DNA from: an uncultured Acidobacteriota bacterium
Lineage (GTDB): Bacteria; Acidobacteriota; Terriglobia; Acidiferrales; UBA7541
Reading direction: 5' to 3'
DNA length: 64,000 bases
Assembly (NCBI GenBank): GCA_963781005.1
Contig: CAWADX010000002.1
Span: 852,703-916,702, forward strand
A program made the position numbers and the translations under genes. This document shows, piece after piece, positions 19,497-27,401 of this stretch. Position 1 is the first letter of the stretch, and every line of letters starts with the position of its first letter. Under the pieces are notes generated by a model, which saw only the letters and a list, made by a program, of their open reading frames with translations, had not been told where the DNA came from and did no database searches.

Positions 19497-20456
19497 TTAA
19501 GGCAGGCTGTGGCGTTGAAAAAACTCCCAGATCACCTGAGTCGCGTCCAGATTCCGGCTCGCTTTACCCACTAGAGCTACCGGCAAATACTGCGGACCAC
19601 CGGGCCAGGTGTGTCCACCGCCTTCAATGGTGTAAACGACCACTTCGGTTCCCTGTTTGCCGCTGCCCCATGTTTCGCGGTGGACGCGGGTGCCATCGCG
19701 CTCCCGATCCGGCAGATCGCGCACGACTGGAGTGGGCGAAGTCTGGTCCCAGTTACGCCAGAATTTTGCCGCATCCTCTAGCGAGATGCTGCGCCCGCGG
19801 TCGCGCAGAATCAGGCCGCCCTTGATGTGAACCAGCGGGTCTTCTGTTCCGTGCATGAACAGAACGGAGACGGGCCGCGAAGGCTTGCAGATCGGCACCA
19901 GGGTCTCCGCCATGGTGGCGGCTGCTGAGGCGATGGCGGCAATTTTGTCAGCGAGGTCGCAGGCCAGCCGGTTGGAGAAGAACCCGCCGGCGGAAATGCC
20001 GGTGGCGTAGATGCGTTTCGGCTCGATGGGGTAAGAACGCTCGAGCTCCGCGATCAGCGCGCGAATGAAACCGACGTCATCGGCCGACGACAGGCCTCGG
20101 GTATCATTCCAAGTCCGATTGCGACCGTCTGGGTACGCCACGAAGAAGCCGGCTTCGTCAGCCAGACGATCGAAGTGGGTGAAGTTGGGCATGTTTCTGC
20201 CCTCGCCGCCCCCACCGTGGAACACGAGCACAAGCGGCGCCCGCTTGTCTCGCGCAAGCGGCCCCGGGACGTGCAGCAGATAAGTACGAGTCACATCGCC
20301 GACGACGATGGAGCCGTGGTTGTCGGAAGGCTCTTGCTCTGCGCGTCGCGGGCCGAATTCCCCCGCCGCTCGCGCAACGGTGAGCAGCAGAAGCAGGGCT
20401 GCGACCGCAACAGGAAGACACGCGCGCTCGAGCGCGTGACGCCTTATTGACTTCAT
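19497..20456 (-). CDS. secreted esterase, PHB-depolymerase/LpqC-like family
   Basis: Signal peptide, LVLVFHGGGGEG, DRLADEAGFFVAYPDG and the nucleophile elbow ATGISAGG. Confidence 0.7.
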   Translation of the reverse strand: MKSIRRHALERACLPVAVAALLLLLTVARAAGEFGPRRAEQEPSDNHGSIVVGDVTRTYLLHVPGPLARDKRAPLVLVFHGGGGEGRNMPNFTHFDRLADEAGFFVAYPDGRNRTWNDTRGLSSADDVGFIRALIAELERSYPIEPKRIYATGISAGGFFSNRLACDLADKIAAIASAAATMAETLVPICKPSRPVSVLFMHGTEDPLVHIKGGLILRDRGRSISLEDAAKFWRNWDQTSPTPVVRDLPDRERDGTRVHRETWGSGKQGTEVVVYTIEGGGHTWPGGPQYLPVALVGKASRNLDATQVIWEFFQRHSLP

Positions 20457-20484
20457 GGTTCTCTCCGGCAGGCGCCGACGGGGT

Positions 20485-21300
20485 TCAGCGCCGAAGCACC
20501 AAATCTATCGTATTTTCATTCCGCGAACACTCCTGTGCCGTTACCTCCACCAGATCCGTTTTTTCAAAGCGATAAATGTGCGAGAAGTGAGCGGAAAGCT
20601 TTTCGAAGATTGTAGCGGGGTCGACTCCGGCCTTTTTCCAATACTGTGGCGCGCATTCCATGGCCAGGATCTCCGTGCGTGACAGTGTTTCCGCGGCGCC
20701 ATCGAAGGCAAACCCCTCATATCCCTCTAGATCCATTTTCACCAGGGACCACGACTTGACGCCCTCCCCTGCTTTTCTCGCCAGATCATCGAGCCTTCGA
20801 ACCGGAACCTCGATAAACGACTTGTAACCGCCCAAATCCAGCAATGAATGACGCCCCCGGTTGGCCGCCTTATAAAGCCCCATCCTTGCGGATCCTTCGC
20901 GCGCCCCCAAGGCGCACGCGTGCACCTCGACATTCGTAAGGTGATTGATCTTGATGTTGTTCTCAAGAAGGCGGAGGTTTTGCGGTTCCGGCTCGATCGC
21001 CAGTATTTTTCCCGTGGGTCCGGCGAGCTTAGACAGCAGGCAGGAAAAGTACCCAATGTTGGCCCCGGCATCGATGAAGCTGCTCCCCGCTGCATTCGAA
21101 AAAGTGTTGAGGAGAAACTTCGTAAGCCCTGGCTCGTGGACTCCCCGTTTATACAGGCCCCGCCCCACTGCGTCCCGCTTATAACCCTGAAGACGTAATC
21201 CCAGAGGCAGATTGCCGGCTGTGATTGTCCTGCTGAACGGATTTGAGCATTCCAACCAGTAAGCCAGCCCGCGGATTTTGTACTGCAGTTGATCATTCAT
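20485..21300 (-). CDS. FkbM family methyltransferase
   Basis: FIDAGANIGYFS SAM-binding motif. Length and layout are typical of FkbM-type methyltransferases. Confidence 0.7.
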   Translation of the reverse strand: MNDQLQYKIRGLAYWLECSNPFSRTITAGNLPLGLRLQGYKRDAVGRGLYKRGVHEPGLTKFLLNTFSNAAGSSFIDAGANIGYFSCLLSKLAGPTGKILAIEPEPQNLRLLENNIKINHLTNVEVHACALGAREGSARMGLYKAANRGRHSLLDLGGYKSFIEVPVRRLDDLARKAGEGVKSWSLVKMDLEGYEGFAFDGAAETLSRTEILAMECAPQYWKKAGVDPATIFEKLSAHFSHIYRFEKTDLVEVTAQECSRNENTIDLVLRR

Positions 21301-21380
21301 GACGCAGAGAGCGGCTCAACCGGGCTTTCCATTTGGTTTCCGACTGGCCGGTAATATACACCCCACCTCCTCAGCATCCC

Positions 21381-21560
21381 ATGATGAATTCCCTGCTGTC
21401 GGCATGTCCAGAGGGTGAGAACACTCGCCCGCGACATCTAGCCATACCTGAAAGGTGGACGGGAACATTGTATGCAGAGGCGGTCAACGTGTATATTGCC
21501 GCTCGCCCGGGGAAACAACGACAGGAGAACAATTTGCTGCAGATTGCGGAAGACGCTTAA
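21381..21560 (+). CDS. conserved small ORF upstream of DUF1328 gene (hypothetical, 59 aa)
   Basis: The C-terminal 42 codons align with 23969-24094. 12 of 14 single-base codon differences fall at third positions and 9 are synonymous. The TAA stop lies inside the RBS (TAAGGAGG) of the next gene. The N-terminus and start are uncertain (the track ORF starts at 21333). Confidence 0.5.
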   Translation: MMNSLLSACPEGENTRPRHLAIPERWTGTLYAEAVNVYIAARPGKQRQENNLLQIAEDA

Positions 21561-21569
21561 GGAGGAAAT

Positions 21570-21746
21570 ATGTTGTATTACTCGCTGGTGTTCTTGTTGG
21601 TTGCCCTAATCGCTGGAGCCTTGGGATTCGGATTTATCGCTTTTGCGGCGGCCGGAATTGCCAAGATCTGCTTCTTTATCTTCTTGGTGATGTTTATCGC
21701 GAGTCTGATTATGCATCTCACGCGGGGACGAACCTCCGGAGGCTAA
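21570..21746 (+). CDS. DUF1328 (UPF0391, YtjA-like) small membrane protein, 58 aa
   Basis: Below the ORF-track length cutoff. My translation is [58 protein letters not shown], which closely resembles E. coli YtjA. GGAGG lies 6 nt upstream. Confidence 0.8.
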   Translation: MLYYSLVFLLVALIAGALGFGFIAFAAAGIAKICFFIFLVMFIASLIMHLTRGRTSGG

Positions 21747-21845
21747 GGAGCGATCAGCCCACGGCAGCTGGCCATCCGAACCAGCTTGCTCATACACAAC
21801 CCGGATCACGGTTTCCCGGTCCTCGGGCTCGGAGATGTCCGTGCG

Positions 21846-23495
21846 CTAATTAGATTTTTCCTCGATGGCTTCTCGGACTTCGCGGAGTACCGCAGCTCCC
21901 ACGCGTCGAAGGCTGCGGAAAGCGTCTATACGCGCAAGGCCGGGCGAGAGTTGTAGCCAAGTGACCCTAGTGGAGGCGGTACCGATAGGCTGACTGCGCC
22001 AGGCAGCGAAAGCCTCGCTTACAAGGTTGAAGATCGTATGTCGATTCTGAGATATCAATTTCAACCATGCCCAAGGTCCCATTTGGGGGAAATAGATTCC
22101 GCGAAAACACATGCGGGCGATGAAAATGTTTATCCTATAGCCCAACGGCTTAAAACGAAGCGAATCGACCGCCTGTGTCATGGCCTCTGGGCTGTACGAA
22201 CTGGCCCACCCGTGCTTCACCTCCGCGTGAGCTTCCGCGATGGTCATCTTCAGCGGGGTGTGGGCCATCTCAAATGGAATGAACTCCTGCCAGTGTTTCG
22301 GCCGCGTCAGCCGCCCTGCAGCCTCCAGCCTCTTGTAAAGCGGCGTCGCGGGTAAGGGCGTCAGTAAACCAAAGATGGGCAGCCCTGGGGGCCAGGTGCG
22401 AATTTCCTGAAGCGTCCGCTCCGCGACCCCGGGGGTGTCGTTGTCCATGCCGAAAATGAAAGAAGTGATCGCATACACGTTGCGCTGGGCGAGTCTCTCC
22501 AGCACCGCTGCATACTCACCGGGCTTGTTGAATCCTTTGTTCACGCTGGCAAGGTTTGCGGGGTCGATGGACTCCATGCCGATGAAGATCCACTTGCCGC
22601 CTGACGCCGCAATGAGATCAACGAGTTCCTCATCGCGTAACAGATTTGCGCTGATCTGGGCGACCCAGTGCACTTGAGCACCCGCTGCGATAATGTCACG
22701 CAGCAGCGATTTCGTCCGCTTGACGTTGATGGCGAAGTTATCGTCAATGAAGAAGACGGCAATCTGACCGCCTTCGCTTCGCGCCCGAGCTTTCAATAGA
22801 AGCAGTTCATTTACTACACTTTCGTTGGTACGAAACCGGATCGAGTCGCCAAAAAAGCCGGTTACCGTGCAGAACTCGCATCCATAAGGGCACCCGCGTC
22901 CCGATTCGACGGGAATAATGCGAAATGTGCCCCACCCGCCCTCGACGCGCTGGAGCATACGCGCCGCCATTTTTGGAACCAAATTAAACTGGTCGAGGTT
23001 GATCGTGTCCCACGGGATCAACGGATATGGCTGGAGAGTCGGTTTGCGTTCCTGGCCAAACTCATCCACCGGAGCGTACAGATCCTTGAGCTTGCCCCGC
23101 GCGGCATCCTCGACGATCTTCGGCCAAGTTTCATCGGCTTCACCGAGGGCCACAGCGTCCGCATGGCGCGGTCCACCACTTCGACCGAGGGCTTCGTCGG
23201 CCTCTTCCGTAACGTGAGGTCCCCCCATCACGACCGGCACGCCAACGGCACGGATCGCATCGGCCATGCGGTACGCCTTTGCTATCATCCGGGTCATCGC
23301 GCCGATCCCGACAAGGCCAATGTCTTGTTCGCGCACGAACCGCGCGATGCCGTCTTCATCCATTGGTTGTGCGTTGCCATCGATCAGAAGTACTTCATGG
23401 CCAGACGGAGTCAATGCCTGGAGCAGAAACATCCAAAGATGCGGCATGAAATTACGTGTGATCCCGTTATCGGGGTTGTAGAGCAAAATTCGCAT
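21846..23495 (-). CDS. B12-binding domain-containing radical SAM protein (class B, DUF4070-like C-terminus)
   Basis: N-terminal MRILLYNPDN...VGIGAMT cobalamin-binding-like segment. Radical SAM cluster motif GRGCPYGCEFCTV. 549 aa. Confidence 0.8.
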   Translation of the reverse strand: MRILLYNPDNGITRNFMPHLWMFLLQALTPSGHEVLLIDGNAQPMDEDGIARFVREQDIGLVGIGAMTRMIAKAYRMADAIRAVGVPVVMGGPHVTEEADEALGRSGGPRHADAVALGEADETWPKIVEDAARGKLKDLYAPVDEFGQERKPTLQPYPLIPWDTINLDQFNLVPKMAARMLQRVEGGWGTFRIIPVESGRGCPYGCEFCTVTGFFGDSIRFRTNESVVNELLLLKARARSEGGQIAVFFIDDNFAINVKRTKSLLRDIIAAGAQVHWVAQISANLLRDEELVDLIAASGGKWIFIGMESIDPANLASVNKGFNKPGEYAAVLERLAQRNVYAITSFIFGMDNDTPGVAERTLQEIRTWPPGLPIFGLLTPLPATPLYKRLEAAGRLTRPKHWQEFIPFEMAHTPLKMTIAEAHAEVKHGWASSYSPEAMTQAVDSLRFKPLGYRINIFIARMCFRGIYFPQMGPWAWLKLISQNRHTIFNLVSEAFAAWRSQPIGTASTRVTWLQLSPGLARIDAFRSLRRVGAAVLREVREAIEEKSN

Positions 23496-23874
23496 GCGTT
23501 CGTCTCCACCTAGAAGCCGCTTCTTCAGTGCTTAACGGGTCTCTACCGGAACTTCCGATTTCAGGTCTATCTCTGCGCAAGAACATATGCCCGCCGGCCT
23601 CTTGCGTCAACCTCAAATCGCCTTGGCGCGGTTGGGTTGCAGGCGCGGCTCCTTTGGCGGCTCTGCTGACCGCCCTGGCCTGTCCCGTGTAACGACTCTT
23701 GAGTCGATTCGGCGTTCGGACACCAGCACTGTGAGCGTCGCCCTCCATGGGACAGCCGTTGTAGGTGTCCAAGCTGGCGGCGGGAGCCGGGGTTTCTTGG
23801 TGATGATGCGCTGGGCCGCTGGCCACGAGCAAAAGGCCTACAGCGAAGAGAGCTGTTGCTTTCTCAGCGAGCAT
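23467..23874 (-). pseudogene. 5' fragment of a paralog of the 34602-35267 secreted-protein gene
   Basis: The first ~60 codons (MLAEKATALFAVGLLLVASGPAHHHQETPAPAASLDTYNGCPMEGDAHSAGVRTPNRLKSRYT) match the full-length gene. The frame then continues into unrelated Arg/Ala-rich sequence and overlaps the radical SAM start. Confidence 0.6.
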
Positions 23875-23923
23875 CGTCATGCCCCTCGTGGTGGTGTTTC
23901 GCTGACCGTCTTTGTGTTCGATT

Positions 23924-24097
23924 ATGAGTTCGCCCGGAACGACCAAGACGATATGGCCCTTGGAACCGCGACATCTTGCTATCCCTGAAAGGTGGACTGG
24001 AGCATTCTATGCAGAGGCGGTCAAGTTGTATATTGCCGCCCGGCCAGGAAACGCCCACAGGAGAAACAATTTGCTGCAGATTGCCGAAGACGCTTAA
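23924..24097 (+). CDS. conserved small ORF, second copy (57 aa)
   Basis: See 21381-21560. The N-terminal 15 codons derive from a different repeat (homologous to 35300-35346), so the start is uncertain. Confidence 0.45.
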   Translation: MSSPGTTKTIWPLEPRHLAIPERWTGAFYAEAVKLYIAARPGNAHRRNNLLQIAEDA

Positions 24098-24106
24098 GGA
24101 GGGAAT

Positions 24107-24283
24107 ATGTTGTATTACGCGCTGGTGTTCTTGCTGATTGCCCTAGTCGCTGGAGCCTTGGGATTTGGCTTTATCGCTTTTGCGGCGGCCGGAATTGCCA
24201 AGATCTGCTTCTTTCTCTTCTTGGTGATGTTTATCGCCACTCTGGTTATGCATCTCACGCGGCGGCGACCCTCCGGAGGCTAA
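24107..24283 (+). CDS. DUF1328 (YtjA-like) small membrane protein, second copy, 58 aa
   Basis: My translation is [69 protein letters not shown]. Confidence 0.8.
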   Translation: MLYYALVFLLIALVAGALGFGFIAFAAAGIAKICFFLFLVMFIATLVMHLTRRRPSGG

Positions 24284-24317
24284 GAACGGTCAGCCGACGG
24301 CAGTGGGCCTAGAAACG

Positions 24318-24359
24318 ACTTATGCCAGGCGGGGGTCGAGTTCGGCGCCCGGCATAAGT
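24318..24359. terminator. hairpin between convergent genes (putative bidirectional terminator)
   Basis: ACTTATGCCAGGCG ... CGCCCGGCATAAGT forms a 14-bp stem with one mismatch. It lies between the DUF1328 stop and the stop of the Cys-rich protein gene. Confidence 0.5.
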
Positions 24360-24384
24360 GCGTTCTGAGTTCCTGCAGTGCGAA

Positions 24385-24981
24385 TTACCTACCTACATCT
24401 GTACACGAGCACGTGCCGAAGCCGCTGCCAAGCTCGATCCCAACCAAGCAGTCTTCCGCCAGGTCCTTCTCCTCATCCCAACCGAGGCTCGAGTCTTTCA
24501 AGTCCTCCACGCTGACCTGAAATGCCGTTCCGACCTTCTCGATGTGCGTGAGCCACCCGCGGATTCCGAAGGCCTGTCTATCGGCCGTGGCATCGCAGGG
24601 TGGTGCTGACGAAACGACCTTGATGACGCCCCGCTGGGGGGGCCTGGCGGTGATTGTGTTGCTGGTTAGATTGCCGTTGACGCCGAGTGCGAGATAGCCG
24701 TTCGGCGTTACCCTGCAACTGCAGCACTCCTGGAACTCCTCATGGTTGTCAAAAACGTAGATCGAGGCACAGATGTCTCCGGCGGGAGAAGCGTCGCCGT
24801 TGTACCCGTCGTTGACAAGTCGCAATGTGCCATCCGGAGCGCCCGGAATATGGGCATACGTGAAGTATCCGAGCGCATAGTTGTTGTCCCCCTGAGCCCG
24901 CGCAACCTGTGAGCCTGCCACAACTGCGAGCGCTAGGACCGCAACTAGAAACATGATTTTCCTGCAGCTTGTTTGACCCAT
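24385..24981 (-). CDS. secreted cysteine-rich hypothetical protein (198 aa)
   Basis: Track ORF 24385..25215 trimmed to ATG 24981, which has AAGGGAG upstream. Signal peptide MGQTSCRKIMFLVAVLALAVVAGSQVARAQ. Eight Cys in the mature part, including CCSC and CSC clusters. No family recognised. Confidence 0.65.
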   Translation of the reverse strand: MGQTSCRKIMFLVAVLALAVVAGSQVARAQGDNNYALGYFTYAHIPGAPDGTLRLVNDGYNGDASPAGDICASIYVFDNHEEFQECCSCRVTPNGYLALGVNGNLTSNTITARPPQRGVIKVVSSAPPCDATADRQAFGIRGWLTHIEKVGTAFQVSVEDLKDSSLGWDEEKDLAEDCLVGIELGSGFGTCSCTDVGR

Positions 24982-25035
24982 CAGAGTTACTCCCTTTGAG
25001 AGATTCCGGCTGGTGCTGGACCGGTGTTGCCGAGC

Positions 25036-25064
25036 CTTATACTGTTTGCTGAAACTAATTACAA
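25036..25064 (-). promoter_or_regulatory. sigma70-like promoter of the Cys-rich protein gene
   Basis: On the minus strand: TTGTAA (25064-25059), 17-nt spacer, TATAAG (25041-25036). Confidence 0.4.
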
Positions 25065-25090
25065 TCCCCCAAAAGGCGTAAGTGATTCGG

Positions 25091-25168
25091 CTAGTCCAAA
25101 ACAGTAGGCGGATCACGTAGCCCGGCAGGCTAGTCCAAAACAGTAGGCGGATCACGTAGCCCGGCAGG
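25091..25168. repeat. perfect tandem duplication, 2 x 39 bp
   Basis: CTAGTCCAAAACAGTAGGCGGATCACGTAGCCCGGCAGG occurs at 25091-25129 and again at 25130-25168. Confidence 0.95.
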
Positions 25169-25425
25169 CCGCCCGAGGAAGGGAGAAGTTGTGGGCGAAA
25201 ACTATTTCGAGTCACTTGGGGGGCGGCCCATCACAAAGGGACTCCGCGGGATTGTTGAGCCAGCTTATGATAGAAGCTGGAACGCGCCATCTCCCATTCG
25301 CGCGTGACACGCACCGTGCCGCAAAGATGTCCCGTGATTCGGACCCGTGGCTTTGGGAAAAATGCTCGTCGATCTGCCTGGCTCCTCATCAAAGAAACTC
25401 TTTTTCTGCAGATTCGACGCGATGA

Positions 25426-26727
25426 TCACGTTTTCAGAGTTGCTGGGAGGCCAGTTTCCATCATGGCGACCTGGGGTCCGACCAACAGTGTTGCGAGGAG
25501 GCCGCAAGCGGCCGCGAAAGACAACCACAACCCAGGAATCGCACGATTTCCGGTGACGTGAATGAGGTAAGTGCTGATCGCAGGCGTAAAGCCACCGAAG
25601 ATGGCGGTGGCCAGACTATAGGCCAGGGCGAACCCCGTGGTCCGCACATCCACCGGCATGATCTCCGTCAGAAATACGACCATGGCACCGTTGTAGCTGC
25701 CGTAGATGAAAGAAAGCCAGAGTTCGACAGCAAGCAGTCTCGAAACGGAAGGTTCACGGACCAGCCATGACATGGCGGGATAGGCGGTGAGCAGCATCAA
25801 TATTGTGCATGCGAATAGCAGGGGGCGGCGTCCGATTCGGTCGGAGAGCGCACCCATGACAGGGAGCCAAAATAGATTGGATGCTCCGACGCATAGCGTG
25901 ACGATCAGACTCTCAATGCTTGCCAGACGTAGAACCGAGCTGCCGAATGTCGGCGTGTAAGCCGTAATCATGTAGAAGGACACCGTGGTCATCGTAACCA
26001 TCATGATTCCGATGACCACGATCCTCCAGTTGGCCATGAGCGAGCGGAGAATTTCAGACGTGCTCGGCCTATGCTTGCGGGCGACGAACTCATCCGTCTC
26101 TTGGAGGGACCGCCTGAGCCTGAAGAGGAACGGAATGATCACGCAGCCCAAAAGCATAGGGACACGCCACCCCCACAGCGCCATCTTTTCCGGTGGGACG
26201 GCAGAACTCAGGACAACCCCAACCAATGCGGCGAACATGACGGCCACCTGCTGGCTCCCCGATTGCCAACTGACATAGAAGCCTTTGTGGCCGGGCGTTG
26301 CAATCTCTGACAAATAGACCGACACGCCGCCCAATTCCATGCCCGCGGAGAATCCCTGAAGCAGACGGCCAACTAGCACCAGCAACGGGGCCAAAAGGCC
26401 GATCGTCGCGTATCCGGGCACGCATGCTATGGAAAAGATTCCGACGGACATCAGGCTCAACGTCAGAAGGAGTCCGGCGCGCCGTCCGTGTTTATCGGTG
26501 TACGCCCCGAGCACAATGGCTCCGAGAGGCCGCATCAGAAAACCGGCCCCGAACGTCATAAGCGACAACATCAACGACACGTAGGCATTGCCGCCTGGAA
26601 AAAACGCCCTGCCGATCGCGGAGGCGTAGTACCCAAACACCATGAAGTCGTACATCTCCAGAAAATTTCCGCTGGAGACGCGAATCACAGACCAGAACTT
26701 CGATTTCCGATCAGAAGGCGGGATCAT
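25426..26727 (-). CDS. MFS transporter, metabolite:H+ symporter (MHS) type
   Basis: SGNFLEMYDFMVFGYYA and GAYTDKHGRR motifs with a 12-TM-like profile. Confidence 0.8.
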   Translation of the reverse strand: MIPPSDRKSKFWSVIRVSSGNFLEMYDFMVFGYYASAIGRAFFPGGNAYVSLMLSLMTFGAGFLMRPLGAIVLGAYTDKHGRRAGLLLTLSLMSVGIFSIACVPGYATIGLLAPLLVLVGRLLQGFSAGMELGGVSVYLSEIATPGHKGFYVSWQSGSQQVAVMFAALVGVVLSSAVPPEKMALWGWRVPMLLGCVIIPFLFRLRRSLQETDEFVARKHRPSTSEILRSLMANWRIVVIGIMMVTMTTVSFYMITAYTPTFGSSVLRLASIESLIVTLCVGASNLFWLPVMGALSDRIGRRPLLFACTILMLLTAYPAMSWLVREPSVSRLLAVELWLSFIYGSYNGAMVVFLTEIMPVDVRTTGFALAYSLATAIFGGFTPAISTYLIHVTGNRAIPGLWLSFAAACGLLATLLVGPQVAMMETGLPATLKT

Positions 26728-26876
26728 CGGGACTCATCACTATCAGAAATTGCTCTCTTCTCCTGCCAGCTTCGAGTGGCCAGCAACGGTGGAGACAGAT
26801 GGACTCCCAAATCGATGCGGACGCGAGAGCAAGACAAACTTGACCACGCGGCGAGCCAACAGGCACCGCCGTCGCC

Positions 26877-27350
26877 TTAGCCGGCCGGTTCAAACAGCTT
26901 CGCGATGGTCGGAGTTTTCTGCTTCATCTCATCGCGAATCTGTTCGGCCTTTTTCTGGAACTCCGCTTCTTTTCCCTTTTCGTTCATGAAGACAATCCCG
27001 ACCGCGCCAATGGTCTTGCCGGATTGATCCTGCATCACCAGTTCGACTTCAAAGTGATCGCCCTTTTTGTTGACTTCGAGGTTGGGTTTGCCCGTTTCGA
27101 TCACGCGCATGTCGTCCTCGTCGGCCTTCTTGCCGATCCGGCCGATGTTCGAAGCAATGATGACATTTTCCGTCTTGCCCGGCGGCGTCACGTGCATGGC
27201 CATGATCACGACTTCTTTGTGCTTGGCAAGCGTCTCTTCCAAAAGCGTCTGCGCATAGATCCTCTTGCCTTCCTGCGCCGAGACGAAGAGTGGGCTTCCA
27301 AGAATCAGCAGCAGCGTCAATACGCAATTCACTTTCTTCAAGCCTCGCAT
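26877..27350 (-). CDS. exported hypothetical protein (157 aa)
   Basis: Track ORF trimmed to ATG 27350, which has GGAGAG upstream. Signal peptide MRGLKKVNCVLTLLLILGSPLFVSAQ. Begins about 50 nt downstream of the TonB receptor stop. Confidence 0.6.
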   Translation of the reverse strand: MRGLKKVNCVLTLLLILGSPLFVSAQEGKRIYAQTLLEETLAKHKEVVIMAMHVTPPGKTENVIIASNIGRIGKKADEDDMRVIETGKPNLEVNKKGDHFEVELVMQDQSGKTIGAVGIVFMNEKGKEAEFQKKAEQIRDEMKQKTPTIAKLFEPAG

Positions 27351-27401
27351 TTCACTCTCCTTTAATTGAACGTACGCGGTGTCGGAATTGTATTGCACCG
27401 C

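Noticed and set aside
21415-21569. Conserved leader upstream of both DUF1328 genes considered as a riboswitch or structured 5' UTR.
   Set aside because: Differences between the two copies fall overwhelmingly at third codon positions of one frame, and two small indels compensate to restore that frame. I saw no compensatory base-pair changes. I therefore treat it as a small CDS, though the RNA hypothesis is not formally excluded.
24982-25215. N-terminal extension of ORF 24385..25215 containing a duplicated 13-aa motif (LPGYVIRLLFWTS).
   Set aside because: The internal ATG 24981 has a good RBS and starts a canonical signal peptide. A promoter-like element lies between the repeat and that start, so the repeat is better explained as a noncoding 39-bp duplication.
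25260-25280. 7-bp hairpin CCAGCTT-atgatag-AAGCTGG downstream of the MFS gene, considered as a possible terminator.
   Set aside because: The stem is short and AT-containing, there is no following T-run on the relevant strand, and it lies 145 nt from the stop codon. The evidence is too weak to report as a feature.
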